DNA of 64,000 bases from Candidatus Hydrogenedentota bacterium (GCA_045863295.1 BTWA01000018.1:50170-114169), one strand, 5' to 3'. Numbered from the stretch's first letter, positions 22,041-33,257 are shown. Notes: a model not told the origin generated them from the letters alone. Numbers and translations: made by a program.

Positions 22041-23477
22041 TTAAGCCTGACGATCGCTGTTCAGGCGCTTGTTCAACGCCGTACGCGAGATGCCCAGCAG
22101 CCGGGCCGCAATCCCTTGATTGCCTCCCGATCGCCGCATCGCTTCGTCAATCAACTGTTCTTGTACTTCACCCAGCGTGGGCAAGGTAAGGTGATCGCTG
22201 AACAATCCGGCCGGTGTGTTCGTTGCGGCCTCATCCGAAATGGCGGCGTCCCCAATGCGCTCGATATGTTGAATGAACGGTTGGAGCGAAAGCGTATTTC
22301 CGCTTGTACTCGCCACCGCATTGAACACCATATGTTCCAGCTCGCGCACGTTGCCGGGAAACGAATACGTGCGAAGTAGTTGGTACAGCGAATTGGGAAC
22401 CGCCGGCGGCTTGACATTGAGTTCCCCTGCCGCAATTGCCACAAAGTGGCGGACCAGTGGAGCAATGTCGCTCTTGCGATCGCGCAACGGCGGAACATGG
22501 ATGTGATGATTGCTAATCCGATAGTACAAATCCCGCCGGAAGGCGCCCGATTTCTGCATCGCCACGATATCGCGGTTGGTGGCAAAAACAAACCGGGCGG
22601 CCGTACGGTGAACCGTGTCCGATCCCAAATGGCGGTACTCTCGTTCCTGTATCAATCGCAGCAGCTTCAGTTGCGAAGTGGGAGAAAGATCGCCAATCTC
22701 ATCCAAAAAAAGCGTACCGTCGGCCGCGCCGGCAACCAGCCCCATTCGGCCATCCCCTGCGCTCGTATAGGCACCCGACACATGCCCATAGAGCGTGTCC
22801 ATCAGCATGGTGTCGTCATATCCCGAGATCGTCTCGCTGACAAATGGCGAGTCCGGGCAACTTAATCGGTGAATGGCTTTTGCGATCAGCTCTTTTCCAA
22901 CCCCACTCTCGCCGGTAATAAGTACTGGCTTTCGCGAATGCGCTATGATCTCGATATAACGGAAGATCGCCCGAAGGCTGGCGCAATCGCCTACGATGCC
23001 TGAAAAAGCCGCCGGATTCTGAATCTCGTCGAGCACGGAGTTGGTCACAAACTGCCGGTACTCGGCCTGAAGCTCGCCCAGTTCAAGCGCCCGCCGCGCA
23101 CTTGCCATCAATCGCCTGGGCTCAAACGGCTTCAACAGATAGTCCTGTGCCCCAAGGCGCATGCAACGGACCGCCATATCCAGATCATTCTGGCCCGTCA
23201 ACATGAGCACAGCTACCTCGGGCACCCATTCACGCAGCGACGTCAAAAGCTCGTCGCCGTTCATGTGCGGCATGGCGATATCGAGCAAGATCAGGCTGAC
23301 GGCCTGATGTTCCAAAAGGTCGCGCACCTGAAGTGGATCGTTGCACGTAATGGAATTGGTGAGCCCCTCCGTGCGCAACATCAGTTGAACCAGCTTCAAC
23401 ATCTGCGGGTCATCGTCCACAATCAATATCGGACGCGAAGGATACAGAACTCCCGGCTCTACAACCGTTCCTGTCAT
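22041..23477 (-). CDS. Sigma54-dependent NtrC-family response regulator (REC-AAA+-HTH Fis)
   Basis: REC (VDDD, LDIAMP), GESGVGKELIA, LFLDEIGD, FRRDLYYRI, FPGNVREL, GNQGIAARLLGISR. Confidence 0.95.
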   Translation of the reverse strand: MTGTVVEPGVLYPSRPILIVDDDPQMLKLVQLMLRTEGLTNSITCNDPLQVRDLLEHQAVSLILLDIAMPHMNGDELLTSLREWVPEVAVLMLTGQNDLDMAVRCMRLGAQDYLLKPFEPRRLMASARRALELGELQAEYRQFVTNSVLDEIQNPAAFSGIVGDCASLRAIFRYIEIIAHSRKPVLITGESGVGKELIAKAIHRLSCPDSPFVSETISGYDDTMLMDTLYGHVSGAYTSAGDGRMGLVAGAADGTLFLDEIGDLSPTSQLKLLRLIQEREYRHLGSDTVHRTAARFVFATNRDIVAMQKSGAFRRDLYYRISNHHIHVPPLRDRKSDIAPLVRHFVAIAAGELNVKPPAVPNSLYQLLRTYSFPGNVRELEHMVFNAVASTSGNTLSLQPFIQHIERIGDAAISDEAATNTPAGLFSDHLTLPTLGEVQEQLIDEAMRRSGGNQGIAARLLGISRTALNKRLNSDRQA

Positions 23478-23619
23478 AGGCGGCCCCCAGTTCCACGCAT
23501 GTCGCATTCAAATCAGGTCTGCAAGAATGTAACGCATCCCGTCATTGGAAATAAATGCAACGGTGCCGCCAAATGCAGGTCTATAAGGGTAATACGCACG
23601 AACAGCCGGAAAACGAATC

Positions 23620-24396
23620 TTAACCCAGGCCTGTAGTTTCCAGCCATGTCCTTGCCATCAGCGCGTGTCCGGCGACCGACGGATGCACACCGTCCTTGGC
23701 CCAGTATTCCGGTGGTGTTGCTTCGCTCACCGCCGCATCGAACATGGATTGAAAAGGCACCCAGATGGCCCCTACATTGTCCGCCACCCGCTTGGCGGCC
23801 GCACGCCGATCGTCAAACTCCGGAAACCAGGAACTGTCAATCGCGCCGCAACGAAGTACAAACGGCTCGCATACCACCAGAATAACATCCGGAAGGGCCG
23901 CCTTGGTCTGATTCAAGAGTTCGGCATATCCGGACTCGTACTGTTCGACCGTTCCATCGTACTTTCCACTCTTCTTATGCCAAAGATCATTGACTCCAAT
24001 CAGAATGCTCAGTACCGCCGGATTCAGATCAATGGTCTCGGCCTGCCAACGAGCCGCCAAATCGGGTACCTTGTTGCCGCTAATGCCCCGGTTGTAACAC
24101 TGCAGCGTGAGCCTCGCGTGTGCGCCAAGAATCGCGGAGGCGGCCATCATGGCATACCCAAAACCCCAGGCAGATAAATCGTTGGGTCCAAGTTGCTCCT
24201 TGTTGCGGCCCGCGTCCGTGATGGAATCGCCTTGAAACAAAACGACACCATTCTGCTTGAGTGATATGGAAGTCACTTCCGCTCCTTCCGCGGCGTGTGC
24301 TGCGCCGCCGCTAAGTATAGCCGCGCCACCCGCCGCGATAGCTCCCTGCAATACAATACGACGGGGAAACTGAAAATCGTTGCCTTTGCCAGTCAT
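23620..24396 (-). CDS. Tat-exported SGNH/GDSL hydrolase
   Basis: PRRIVL Tat-like signal; FQGDSITD, NRGISG, GVND, DGVHP. Confidence 0.92.
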   Translation of the reverse strand: MTGKGNDFQFPRRIVLQGAIAAGGAAILSGGAAHAAEGAEVTSISLKQNGVVLFQGDSITDAGRNKEQLGPNDLSAWGFGYAMMAASAILGAHARLTLQCYNRGISGNKVPDLAARWQAETIDLNPAVLSILIGVNDLWHKKSGKYDGTVEQYESGYAELLNQTKAALPDVILVVCEPFVLRCGAIDSSWFPEFDDRRAAAKRVADNVGAIWVPFQSMFDAAVSEATPPEYWAKDGVHPSVAGHALMARTWLETTGLG

Positions 24397-24607
24397 ACCG
24401 TGGCTCCTTGCTGGATATGGAATCGGCCCTGTCGGATCGCGGGATGCTCGGCCCGCGCTTCTGGGGATCATCTAAACAGAAAGCCGAAACTGCTTCAAGG
24501 CAACGCCGGTACCTGGATTTGCGCGTCCGCCCGCGCACGGAATTTGAATTCGCAGGCCGAAGCGAATAGCGTTCCCGTATAAATTGCTCGTCCAAGGAGA
24601 ATTCAGG

Positions 24608-26077
24608 ATGTCCACCAAAATAAACCGGAATAATCGACGGCGGCGATTCATTGGCTTGACGGTGGCCGTGATGCTCCTTCCGTGGACAAGTAATGCCGCA
24701 CAGTTGTTTGCAGGCTCCTCAACCGCGTCGATAACGCCCGATGGTCCCGTAGCGCTTTCGGGACAGATGAACACCCGTATTGCTTCTATCGTGGAAAGCG
24801 AAGTGCTCGCAGTAGCGCTCGCCTTGGAGTCGCGCGATGCAGAGGTCGTCGTGGATCAGGCAATTATGGTGGCCTGCGATCTTGTGGCCATTCGGGAAGG
24901 CATTTTGGACAAAGTCCGCGAGCGCATCACCCCCCGGCTTACGGATTTTGACCCCTCCAAGCTCTTGCTTAGCGCAACTCATACGCATACGGCACCGGTC
25001 ACCGAAATCGAGGCATACACGATTCCAAAAGACGATGTGATACAACCGGAAGTGTACGTGGAATTCCTGGCTGACCGTGTCGCAGGGGCGGTCATTGCCG
25101 CATGGGAATCCCGGAAACCCGCCAAAGCGGGATGGGGACTCGGCCACGCGGTCGTGGCACAAAACCGGCGCTCGATCTACGCTGATGGACATGCACAGAT
25201 GTATGGCCCCACGGACAAGCCCGATTTCCGCGCCATCGAAGGAGGAGAGGATCAGGGTGTTGAGGTGTTATTCATTTGGAATGAACGAGAGGAGCTCGTC
25301 GCGACTGCAGTAAATATAGCTTGTCCATCGCAAGAAGTGGAAGGGCGTTCCGCCGTCAACGCGGATTTCTGGCACAACGTCCGTGAAACGCTTCAAGCCA
25401 AGTACGGCCCGAATCTCGCCGTGCTCGGCTGGACCGGCGCGGCCGGCGACCAGTCTCCCCACCTCATGGTGCGAAAGGCGGCCGAAGAACGCATGCGCGA
25501 ACTGCGCGGCATCGATCGCCTGGAGGAGTTGGCCAGAAGGATTGTTGCGGCATGGGAAGAAGCCTACGAGGGAGCAGCAAAAGAGAAGCACTCGGATCTG
25601 AAAATGCAACATACAGTGCGGACGATAGAATTGCCTTTGCGTACAATTACTGAAAAGGAAAGCGCGGAAGCGCGCGCGCATGTGGAATCGCTTTCACACG
25701 ATCCAAACAACCGCCGTCGTGTTGTCTGGCATCAATCCGTAGTCGACCGGTATGAACAGCAACTGGCAGGACAAACACTTCCTTACTTGATGGAGTTGCA
25801 TGCAATTCGATTGGGCGACATCGTAATTGTCACTAACGATTTCGAGTTATTCACCGAATACGGCCTCCAAATGAAAGCACGCAGCAAGGCGCTGCAAACA
25901 TTCGTGATTCAACTCGCCGGGCCCGGAACCTACGTGCCCACGGAACGCGCCGCAAAAGGCGGCGGATACAGCGCGGTCGCCGAAAGCAATGTCGTCGGCT
26001 TCGAGGGGGGCCAAGTGCTAACCGAAAAAACCGTGGAAGCCATTAATGCCTTGTGGCCCGAAGTGGAAGCGAAATAG
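24608..26077 (+). CDS. Secreted neutral/alkaline ceramidase-like hydrolase
   Basis: Signal peptide; ITP, SATHTHTAP, NRR, GAAGDQSP, ELFTEYG, GGYS motifs. Confidence 0.7.
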   Translation: MSTKINRNNRRRRFIGLTVAVMLLPWTSNAAQLFAGSSTASITPDGPVALSGQMNTRIASIVESEVLAVALALESRDAEVVVDQAIMVACDLVAIREGILDKVRERITPRLTDFDPSKLLLSATHTHTAPVTEIEAYTIPKDDVIQPEVYVEFLADRVAGAVIAAWESRKPAKAGWGLGHAVVAQNRRSIYADGHAQMYGPTDKPDFRAIEGGEDQGVEVLFIWNEREELVATAVNIACPSQEVEGRSAVNADFWHNVRETLQAKYGPNLAVLGWTGAAGDQSPHLMVRKAAEERMRELRGIDRLEELARRIVAAWEEAYEGAAKEKHSDLKMQHTVRTIELPLRTITEKESAEARAHVESLSHDPNNRRRVVWHQSVVDRYEQQLAGQTLPYLMELHAIRLGDIVIVTNDFELFTEYGLQMKARSKALQTFVIQLAGPGTYVPTERAAKGGGYSAVAESNVVGFEGGQVLTEKTVEAINALWPEVEAK

Positions 26078-26098
26078 ACAGAGTGGGGGAGACGATAA

Positions 26099-27127
26099 AT
26101 GACGAAGTCCGTGGCCAGCCTCATGGTAATCGCTTTCGTGGCGGTGCTCTCGAGCGCAGAGGAACCTTTCAGGTCGATAGTTGTGCCGGTGCATTCTGGA
26201 AATCCGCGCAACAGCGAGGCCGCGATCATTCCGTTGCGGAACGGCGCGCTGCTGCTCGGTTGGACAGAATTCTACGCGGGTGACGGAGCCGATCACGGAC
26301 CTGCCCGCATTTCCGGGCTGATCTCCACGGACAACGGATACACATGGGAAGGCAAATTTACACTCGTTGAAAATGACGGCGGACGTAACGTCATGGAGGT
26401 GAATTTCCTTCGCCTGAAAGACGGCCGTATCGCATTGTTTTACTGCCAGAAGAACACCGAGTCCACGGACTGCCGGGTGATGATGCGCGTCTCAGGCGAC
26501 GAAGGAAAGACTTGGGGTCCGGCCAAACAACTCAGCCCCGATAACAAGTACACCGGTCTTACAAATGGCCGATCCATTCGCCTCAAATCGGGCCGAATCC
26601 TGCTCGAGGCTTGGGAAAACGGCGATAGCTACTGCTACCTCTCGGACGACGAAGGGGAAACCTGGCGCGAGTCGCAACGCGTCAAGCCCGGAGACGGATC
26701 CTGGGAGCCGGCATGCATCGAATTGAAGGATGGCCGTGTACTAATGCTCATGCGCACTGGACTCGGCGGTCAGTTTAAAAGCATCTCTGCCGACGGTGGA
26801 TCGACATGGAGCGATCCTGTTCCAACACCCCTTACCGGAACTGCCGCGCCTGTCTCCATAAGCCGCGTGCCCGGCACAGACGATTTGCTCGCCATCTGGA
26901 ACAACAATGCCGGAGCGGGGGCGAGACGGCCCTTGACAGCCGCTCTGTCCAACGACGAAGGCGAAACCTGGTCAACGGTGAAAAACATTGAAGACGGTCC
27001 AACGGACCAATGGGCCTACCCGGCTGTCACATGGTTTGCCGATCGCGCGTACCTCACCTATTTCAACTACGAGGGAGGCCACTCCTTAATCTTGAAGATA
27101 CTTCCTTCAGAGTGGTTCTACCAGTAG
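26099..27127 (+). CDS. Secreted sialidase-like BNR-repeat protein
   Basis: Asp-boxes STDNGYTW, SGDEGKTW, SDDEGETW, SADGGSTW, SNDEGETW; RNSE; AYP. Confidence 0.8.
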   Translation: MTKSVASLMVIAFVAVLSSAEEPFRSIVVPVHSGNPRNSEAAIIPLRNGALLLGWTEFYAGDGADHGPARISGLISTDNGYTWEGKFTLVENDGGRNVMEVNFLRLKDGRIALFYCQKNTESTDCRVMMRVSGDEGKTWGPAKQLSPDNKYTGLTNGRSIRLKSGRILLEAWENGDSYCYLSDDEGETWRESQRVKPGDGSWEPACIELKDGRVLMLMRTGLGGQFKSISADGGSTWSDPVPTPLTGTAAPVSISRVPGTDDLLAIWNNNAGAGARRPLTAALSNDEGETWSTVKNIEDGPTDQWAYPAVTWFADRAYLTYFNYEGGHSLILKILPSEWFYQ

Positions 27128-27215
27128 CGCGGATTCACTGACCTTTTATGGGAGTGCTGTGCTCGCAAGTGGCGTGTACATGGGCCAACGGCAGTGAGCA
27201 AACGAGGTAAATTGC

Positions 27216-30200
27216 ATGAAAAGAATTGAACAAGTCGTTCGTGTCGTTTGGACACTGGCCACTCTCTTGCTCGTGATTACCACGCCACCGGTCGCAGGAC
27301 AGGAAGGCGAAGAAAAGATCCTGGGGTGGGATTACTTGTCCGATCAATTGTCCGTCTCCGGCGAATTCGAGACTCCACACACGAAATGGGGAAAGCCTCT
27401 GAATGGCGGTGCCGTGAAAGTCGTCTTCATGGTTCCATGGTCTCAAGGAAGTACGGAAGCCCGCGAAATCGTCGAAATGATGCAGCGATTCGATCTCGAA
27501 GGACACGCCATCTATTTTATGGGCGACCGTATTGTTGGCGACGGCAGGCCCGATTGGTACGGAGGCGATCCTGAAGCCGGAAGCAACCGCGTGAAGCGGT
27601 TGCTGGGCGAAGGCCAAGCCGTCTTTTTTCTCAACCAACTTACATTAGACGCGATTCCCGAATGGTTGAATCTCGAATTAAGAAATGCCGTGGAGCGCGG
27701 CGCGGGACTTGTGCTCGTCGGTGACAAGGCAACCCCATTCGAAGACTCGCTCGACACCGATGAAGCAGCACGATCCTTGCCCCAGGGCAGGTACGCGACA
27801 TTGGGAAAGGGCCGCATCGTTGTGCTCCCGAGCCGCGAGAGGCTGGAATTCCAATTGGGTTGGGAAACGACGTTTGACTATCAAATGCAGGCGCAGGGGC
27901 GAGCCCTGCTCTGGGCTGCCGGCAGAGACTCGCGCGCAGATCTCATGTGGGATACATCAGGCGCGCCTGCCAAGCTTTCGCTGACTTATACGGGTCTTCC
28001 CGAGGGCACTGCCATTGAAGTGACACTTCGTCGTTGGGATGGCGTCTCAATCAAGCTTGCGCCAGTCGCCGCCAAGGAAGCAGAAACCCAACAAATAGCC
28101 CTTCCGCATCTCCGCGAAGGCGACTACCAAGCCCATGCGATTGCTCGGGTCAACAATCTCGTTGAAACATGGAGCTGCACGCCGTTTGCTGTGGCTGCGG
28201 ATCGTGCAATAGTCGCCGTGGAGCTGGAACGCGACTGGGCTGAGCGTGGCGAGTCCGTGACAGGCCGGGTGCGTTTCTCTGGAGTTCCGGTCGAAGGCGA
28301 TACCGTGGAGGCGCGGTTGACAGACACGCGAGGGAGAATCCTCGATAGAAAGCGCCAGAAAGCGGTTGACGGAATGCTCATAGCCTTCGACGTCTCCGAT
28401 TGGGCTCCCATGCTGCTTCGGGTCGAAGCTGTGCTGATGTATGCGGAATCCGAAATTAGCTACGGTTACGCCTACCTGCGTGTTCCAACACGCAATCGCA
28501 ATCAATTCAATTTTGTAATGTGGAATCACGCCACGGGCGATCTTGCGGCATACGGCATCGAAGCCCTGGCCCGATACGGCGTCACGGCCATCCTCCAAGG
28601 TGGACCGCCCCACCTTGCTCTCGCGGCGAACAACGTGGCGTACGTGCCCTACGCCGCCAGTTTCCGTGCCAGCAGCCACACCACCACGGCCATGCTGGAT
28701 CCGGAAACCGGCGCGCTAAAAGGCGGGTGTGTTCACGACCCGGAATCCATGGCCAAATCCGTGCAAGCCGTGGTCGAGGGCGCGGCGGAAGCGCGCAAAC
28801 TCGGTGTGTTTGCCTATTCACTTGGCGACGAGAACGCCGTTCGCGCATCTTGCTTGAGTCCGCATTGCCTCCAGGCGTATCGCAGGTACCTCAATGACAT
28901 ATATGCCGACATTCAATCGCTCAACCGTGAATGGAGCACGAGCTATCCTTCATTCGATGCCATCGAACTCCTGACCGAAGGCGATCTACCCGCAGCCGAC
29001 GCCCCGGAATGGTTTCGCCTCTACTTCGACGAACGGACGCTCCTTCACCGCACCGACAGCGAAGGCGCCAAGGATGATGCCCTGGACAAACAAATAGCCC
29101 ATGGCGATATCAACGATGAGATGCGCGCGCTCCAGGCAGGCAACTTTGCCCGATGGTATGACCGCCAAGCCTTTCAAAACTACTCCTATGTCGAATGGTG
29201 CAAGCAATTCCAGAAAGCTTTTATGGAGACAGATCCGTACGCATTTACAGGCTTCGAGGGTACCGATAGTTTCACCATACGAAAGCTGACCACGCGCAGC
29301 CGCCAGGGCGGCGACATCGATTTATTTGTGCGCGAGATGGATTACTACGGATCGTATGAAGGCCCCGCAAACGAAGTCATGCGCTCCATCGCCCCGCCAG
29401 AATTTCCCATGGGGAGCTGGATCGGCTACACGCCAGATGTGGAAGAATTGCTTTTCAAATACTGGCAACAAGTAACGGATCGAATGAACACCATTCAATG
29501 GTGGCGTTGGGACAACCTCGACGGATACAACGGTTATCTCGCACCCAATATGGCGCCGTTTCCCGCAACCCGCGAAATCCTCGAAGACACCCAGATTGTC
29601 CGCGACGGACTGGGTACGCTGCTGATGCAATGCGAAATACAGGATGACGCCATCGGCATGATGTACTCCATGCCGTCTACCTATATTGCCCACTTTGACA
29701 ATAACGAGACTTTTGGCCTGTACAAGCGGGACCATGAACGCTGGCACGAGTTGATTCACGGAGCGGGCCTGCAGTTCCGGTATTTCACTGATCGCATGTT
29801 GCGCCAAGGCGAAGTCGATTTGAGCCGATTCAAGGCGGTCATACTCCCCTTGACGTTCGCCATGTCCGAGGTGGAAGCAACGGCCTTGCGCGAATATGTA
29901 CACAATGGCGGAACTCTCATCGCCGATGTGCGCCCCGCGCTGTACGACGGGCATTGCAAGCCGCTCGCCGCGGGTCAGCTCAATGACGTTTTTGGAGTGA
30001 GCCAGACCGGAAACCGTCCTGCACGCGAAATTGATCGCATATACATCGACGGCACCCTGAGTGATCGCGCTTTGATCATGCGATGGGGAAACTGGCATGG
30101 CAAAGACATTTATCCGCAGATGAAAGTCGACCCCAATGTCGAGTTGACAACGGCAAAGGGCCTCGGCGAAGCCTATTACATTCACTTCTGGACCGGCCTT

Positions 30201-30854
30201 AAAGCGCCCGTGTGCGTCTTGAATGAGTCTGGGAAGGGCAAGGCCATATTGCTGAACTTTTCGTTGTTCGAGGCTCCGGCGGATTCCTTCGTGCGCGACC
30301 TGCTTGAGGCATCGGGAATAAGTCCTTCCGTTACGGTGAACGCTGCCGCAAATCAGTCGGAACACGATGTCGAAATCACCCGATGGAAAAACGGCAACAT
30401 GCAGATTGTTGCGTTGCTGGGGAGTCAAGAAGGGCCCGTTCATGTCACGGTACCGAACCCCGGCCATGTATTCGACCTGAAAGCACGGCGTTACCTTGGA
30501 GAAACGGACCGCTTTTCCGCTGAACTACGGCCGAATCGCGCCTCCTTCTTTGCCGTGCTCCTTGGACAACCCGGGAAGCCAGAGATTTTGATGCCAGACT
30601 CTGCTAAAAGAGGCGAAACCATACACGTTAGAGTAAAGGTGCCCGGCATTGACAGCTTGCGTCCCGTGCGCCTGAGACTCACAGACCCCGCTGGTACACC
30701 CGCGGATTGGATGCAACGCACTGTCATTACGGGTAATCAGACAGTCGCAACCGATATACGATTCGCATTTAACGATGATTCCGGTGCTTGGACGCTGCAA
30801 GCTGAGGACATCATTACCGGAGAGGTCGTATCGCGAAAGGTAGACGTGCAATAA
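27216..30854 (+). CDS. Large secreted GH42-like/beta-galactosidase trimerisation-domain protein
   Basis: Signal peptide; YSLGDE; YLNDIYADIQSLNREWSTSYPSFDAI (GH42-like); LREYVHNGGTLIAD (trimerisation/GAT-like). Confidence 0.65.
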   Translation: MKRIEQVVRVVWTLATLLLVITTPPVAGQEGEEKILGWDYLSDQLSVSGEFETPHTKWGKPLNGGAVKVVFMVPWSQGSTEAREIVEMMQRFDLEGHAIYFMGDRIVGDGRPDWYGGDPEAGSNRVKRLLGEGQAVFFLNQLTLDAIPEWLNLELRNAVERGAGLVLVGDKATPFEDSLDTDEAARSLPQGRYATLGKGRIVVLPSRERLEFQLGWETTFDYQMQAQGRALLWAAGRDSRADLMWDTSGAPAKLSLTYTGLPEGTAIEVTLRRWDGVSIKLAPVAAKEAETQQIALPHLREGDYQAHAIARVNNLVETWSCTPFAVAADRAIVAVELERDWAERGESVTGRVRFSGVPVEGDTVEARLTDTRGRILDRKRQKAVDGMLIAFDVSDWAPMLLRVEAVLMYAESEISYGYAYLRVPTRNRNQFNFVMWNHATGDLAAYGIEALARYGVTAILQGGPPHLALAANNVAYVPYAASFRASSHTTTAMLDPETGALKGGCVHDPESMAKSVQAVVEGAAEARKLGVFAYSLGDENAVRASCLSPHCLQAYRRYLNDIYADIQSLNREWSTSYPSFDAIELLTEGDLPAADAPEWFRLYFDERTLLHRTDSEGAKDDALDKQIAHGDINDEMRALQAGNFARWYDRQAFQNYSYVEWCKQFQKAFMETDPYAFTGFEGTDSFTIRKLTTRSRQGGDIDLFVREMDYYGSYEGPANEVMRSIAPPEFPMGSWIGYTPDVEELLFKYWQQVTDRMNTIQWWRWDNLDGYNGYLAPNMAPFPATREILEDTQIVRDGLGTLLMQCEIQDDAIGMMYSMPSTYIAHFDNNETFGLYKRDHERWHELIHGAGLQFRYFTDRMLRQGEVDLSRFKAVILPLTFAMSEVEATALREYVHNGGTLIADVRPALYDGHCKPLAAGQLNDVFGVSQTGNRPAREIDRIYIDGTLSDRALIMRWGNWHGKDIYPQMKVDPNVELTTAKGLGEAYYIHFWTGLKAPVCVLNESGKGKAILLNFSLFEAPADSFVRDLLEASGISPSVTVNAAANQSEHDVEITRWKNGNMQIVALLGSQEGPVHVTVPNPGHVFDLKARRYLGETDRFSAELRPNRASFFAVLLGQPGKPEILMPDSAKRGETIHVRVKVPGIDSLRPVRLRLTDPAGTPADWMQRTVITGNQTVATDIRFAFNDDSGAWTLQAEDIITGEVVSRKVDVQ

Positions 30855-30893
30855 CGCCGGTGGATGTAGCCAGAGATCCTGGAGAAAAATCTA

Positions 30894-33257
30894 ATGAAAC
30901 GTGCACTGAAGTGGATGGCAATCGCGACGCTTCTGCTTGTCCTTTGCGTGCTTTCTGTGCCGCTATCCATTTACGGGTACTACCAATACAGGGTCAGCGC
31001 CACCCCCGGTTCCTTGACCCTGGCAGTCGTGCCCACTGCCCGTAATGCAAAAGTTAATGTGTTCTTGGGAACAGGCGGAATTCCCTGGATGTGTGCCCAC
31101 AACACGCCCGGTGCCACGACTCCATTTGGCATGGTCCGTCTGGCGCCGGACACAGCGGGAATCGTGACCAGCGCAAAAGGATACAACCGATCCGGCTATT
31201 TTTATGGCGACAACAAGATCATCGGGTTCAGCCACACCCGGCTCGTAGGAGCCGATGCCCACGAAGGCGGTGTATTCCGCACGTTCCCAAGCCGCGACAG
31301 CAAGATTCACCTCGACCGAAGTGACAATCGCTCGCTCGCCTTTTCCCATAAGTACGAATCGGCAACGCCCGGCCTCTACACACTCTACCTTGCGGAACGA
31401 AGCGTACTGGTCGAACTCGCCGCAACCCCACGCGTGGGCGTGCATCGATATTCTTTCGATCCACGTGAAAGCGATGCCCCTCATCTACTGCTGGATATCG
31501 CAAGCACACTCGGCGGGCGACGCGCCGAAAATGCACGTGTCCGGATACTGCCTGAAACCCGCGAGGTCGAAGGGCAAGTCACGATCCACGGATCGTTCTC
31601 CGGGCGTTACGACGGCCTTACTGCCTATTTCTCAGCCCGGTTTGACCATGATTTTGCCGTCACAGGCACACGCACAGGCGTTGGATATACGCCCCATGCA
31701 TTGGTGGCGTCCGGACAACCGTGCGAGGCCGATCTTGAATTCAACTCCGCCGACAACGGACCCACAGTCATTGAGATGCGTCTCGGAATCTCCTATACCA
31801 GCATAGAGAATGCACGCCAGAATCTCGCTGCCGAAGCTGGACCTGACAAGACGTTTGAATTCCTCGCCGCCGTGGCGCGCGATGCATGGGACGAACGCCT
31901 GGGGCGCATTCAGATTCAAGGCGGAACCGAAACACAGCAGCGGATCTTTCACACGGCTTTATACCGCGCATTTCACATGCCGACAGCCTTCAATGACGTA
32001 AACGGCGAGTACACAGGGTTTGATCGAGCCGTTCACAATGCACTGGGATTCACCTACTACACAGACATGTCGCTCTGGGATACATGCCGCACTGCGCAGC
32101 CGCTCTACTACCTCATCGCGAGAAGCGAAGCCCGCGATATGATGATCTCGCTGGTGGAAATGGCAAAGGCCGGTGGTTGCCTCCCGCGATGGCCGTCCGG
32201 TGCGGGCTACACCAATTGCATGCTGGGTACCCCAGCGGATATCGCGGTGACAGAGGCCTATCTAAAGGGCATTCGCGGATTCGACGCCGAGGCCGCCTAT
32301 CAGTTTATGCGCCAGACTGCGCTCAGCGGCAAGCCAGAGGGTACCCGCTTTGCCGGAAGAGAAGGCCTTGAGCACTACCTGGACTACGGATATTGCCCCA
32401 GTGACAAAATGCGAGAGTCGGTCGCCGCAACCCTTGAGTTCGCATGCGAAGACAACGCCATTGCTCTATTGGCAAAAGCCCTCGGCCACGATGCAGACGC
32501 GGATGTCTTTGCCAACCATGCACAAAATTACCGGAATGTGTGGAACCCACAAAGACAATTCTTCGACGCCAAAGACTCCACGGGTCGCTTCCAGAAGGAA
32601 TTCAATCCGTTGAAACTCACCTACACCGATCGGGGAGGACGCTATACACACGCCTATGTAGAAGGTAGTGCATGGCAGTGGAGATGGTTTGTACCTCATG
32701 ACCCCGAAGGACTCGTTTCTCTGTTCAAGAGCAAAGAGTATTTTGTTGAAGAGCTCAACACATTCTTTGCAAAGTCAAATAGCAATGTTGGCAATTGGAA
32801 TCCAGGGCCCTACTACTGGCACGGTAACGAACCGGACATTCACGCGGTCTATCTCTTTAACGCGGCGGGGAGGCCTGATCTAACGCAAAAATGGGTGCGC
32901 CATATTCTCAACGCCAAATACTCTGACGACTACGTAGGCCTCGACGGTAACGACGACGGCGGCACACTTTCCTCGTGGTACGTATTCAGCGCATTGGGGT
33001 TTTATCCTGTGTGCGGTACCACCCGGTATGAAATTGGATCTCCACTGTTTTCGCGCGCCGTGATCAACATGGGAGACGCGAAGCTGACCGTTTCGGCACC
33101 GCGCAACTCTCCGGAAAACATTTACGTGCAGCACGTTCAACTGAACGGGAATACTTTGGATCGGTGGTGGTTCACGCATGACGAAATTGCGCAAGGCGGC
33201 ACTCTTACGTTTGAAATGGGCCCCCATCCGATAATAAATTCTCCACCCTCCGCTTGA
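30894..33257 (+). CDS. GH92 alpha-mannosidase family
   Basis: PGATTPFGMV, GFSHTRLVG, SLWDTCR, YVEGSAWQW, HGNEPD, GNDDGGTLSSWYVFSALGFYP. Confidence 0.93.
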   Translation: MKRALKWMAIATLLLVLCVLSVPLSIYGYYQYRVSATPGSLTLAVVPTARNAKVNVFLGTGGIPWMCAHNTPGATTPFGMVRLAPDTAGIVTSAKGYNRSGYFYGDNKIIGFSHTRLVGADAHEGGVFRTFPSRDSKIHLDRSDNRSLAFSHKYESATPGLYTLYLAERSVLVELAATPRVGVHRYSFDPRESDAPHLLLDIASTLGGRRAENARVRILPETREVEGQVTIHGSFSGRYDGLTAYFSARFDHDFAVTGTRTGVGYTPHALVASGQPCEADLEFNSADNGPTVIEMRLGISYTSIENARQNLAAEAGPDKTFEFLAAVARDAWDERLGRIQIQGGTETQQRIFHTALYRAFHMPTAFNDVNGEYTGFDRAVHNALGFTYYTDMSLWDTCRTAQPLYYLIARSEARDMMISLVEMAKAGGCLPRWPSGAGYTNCMLGTPADIAVTEAYLKGIRGFDAEAAYQFMRQTALSGKPEGTRFAGREGLEHYLDYGYCPSDKMRESVAATLEFACEDNAIALLAKALGHDADADVFANHAQNYRNVWNPQRQFFDAKDSTGRFQKEFNPLKLTYTDRGGRYTHAYVEGSAWQWRWFVPHDPEGLVSLFKSKEYFVEELNTFFAKSNSNVGNWNPGPYYWHGNEPDIHAVYLFNAAGRPDLTQKWVRHILNAKYSDDYVGLDGNDDGGTLSSWYVFSALGFYPVCGTTRYEIGSPLFSRAVINMGDAKLTVSAPRNSPENIYVQHVQLNGNTLDRWWFTHDEIAQGGTLTFEMGPHPIINSPPSA

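Noticed and set aside
23555..23590. TGCAAC...GTCTATAA ECF-like promoter on the plus strand
   Set aside because: Points into the end of a minus-strand gene with no downstream plus-strand ORF, and lacks the AATARGT half of the shared motif.
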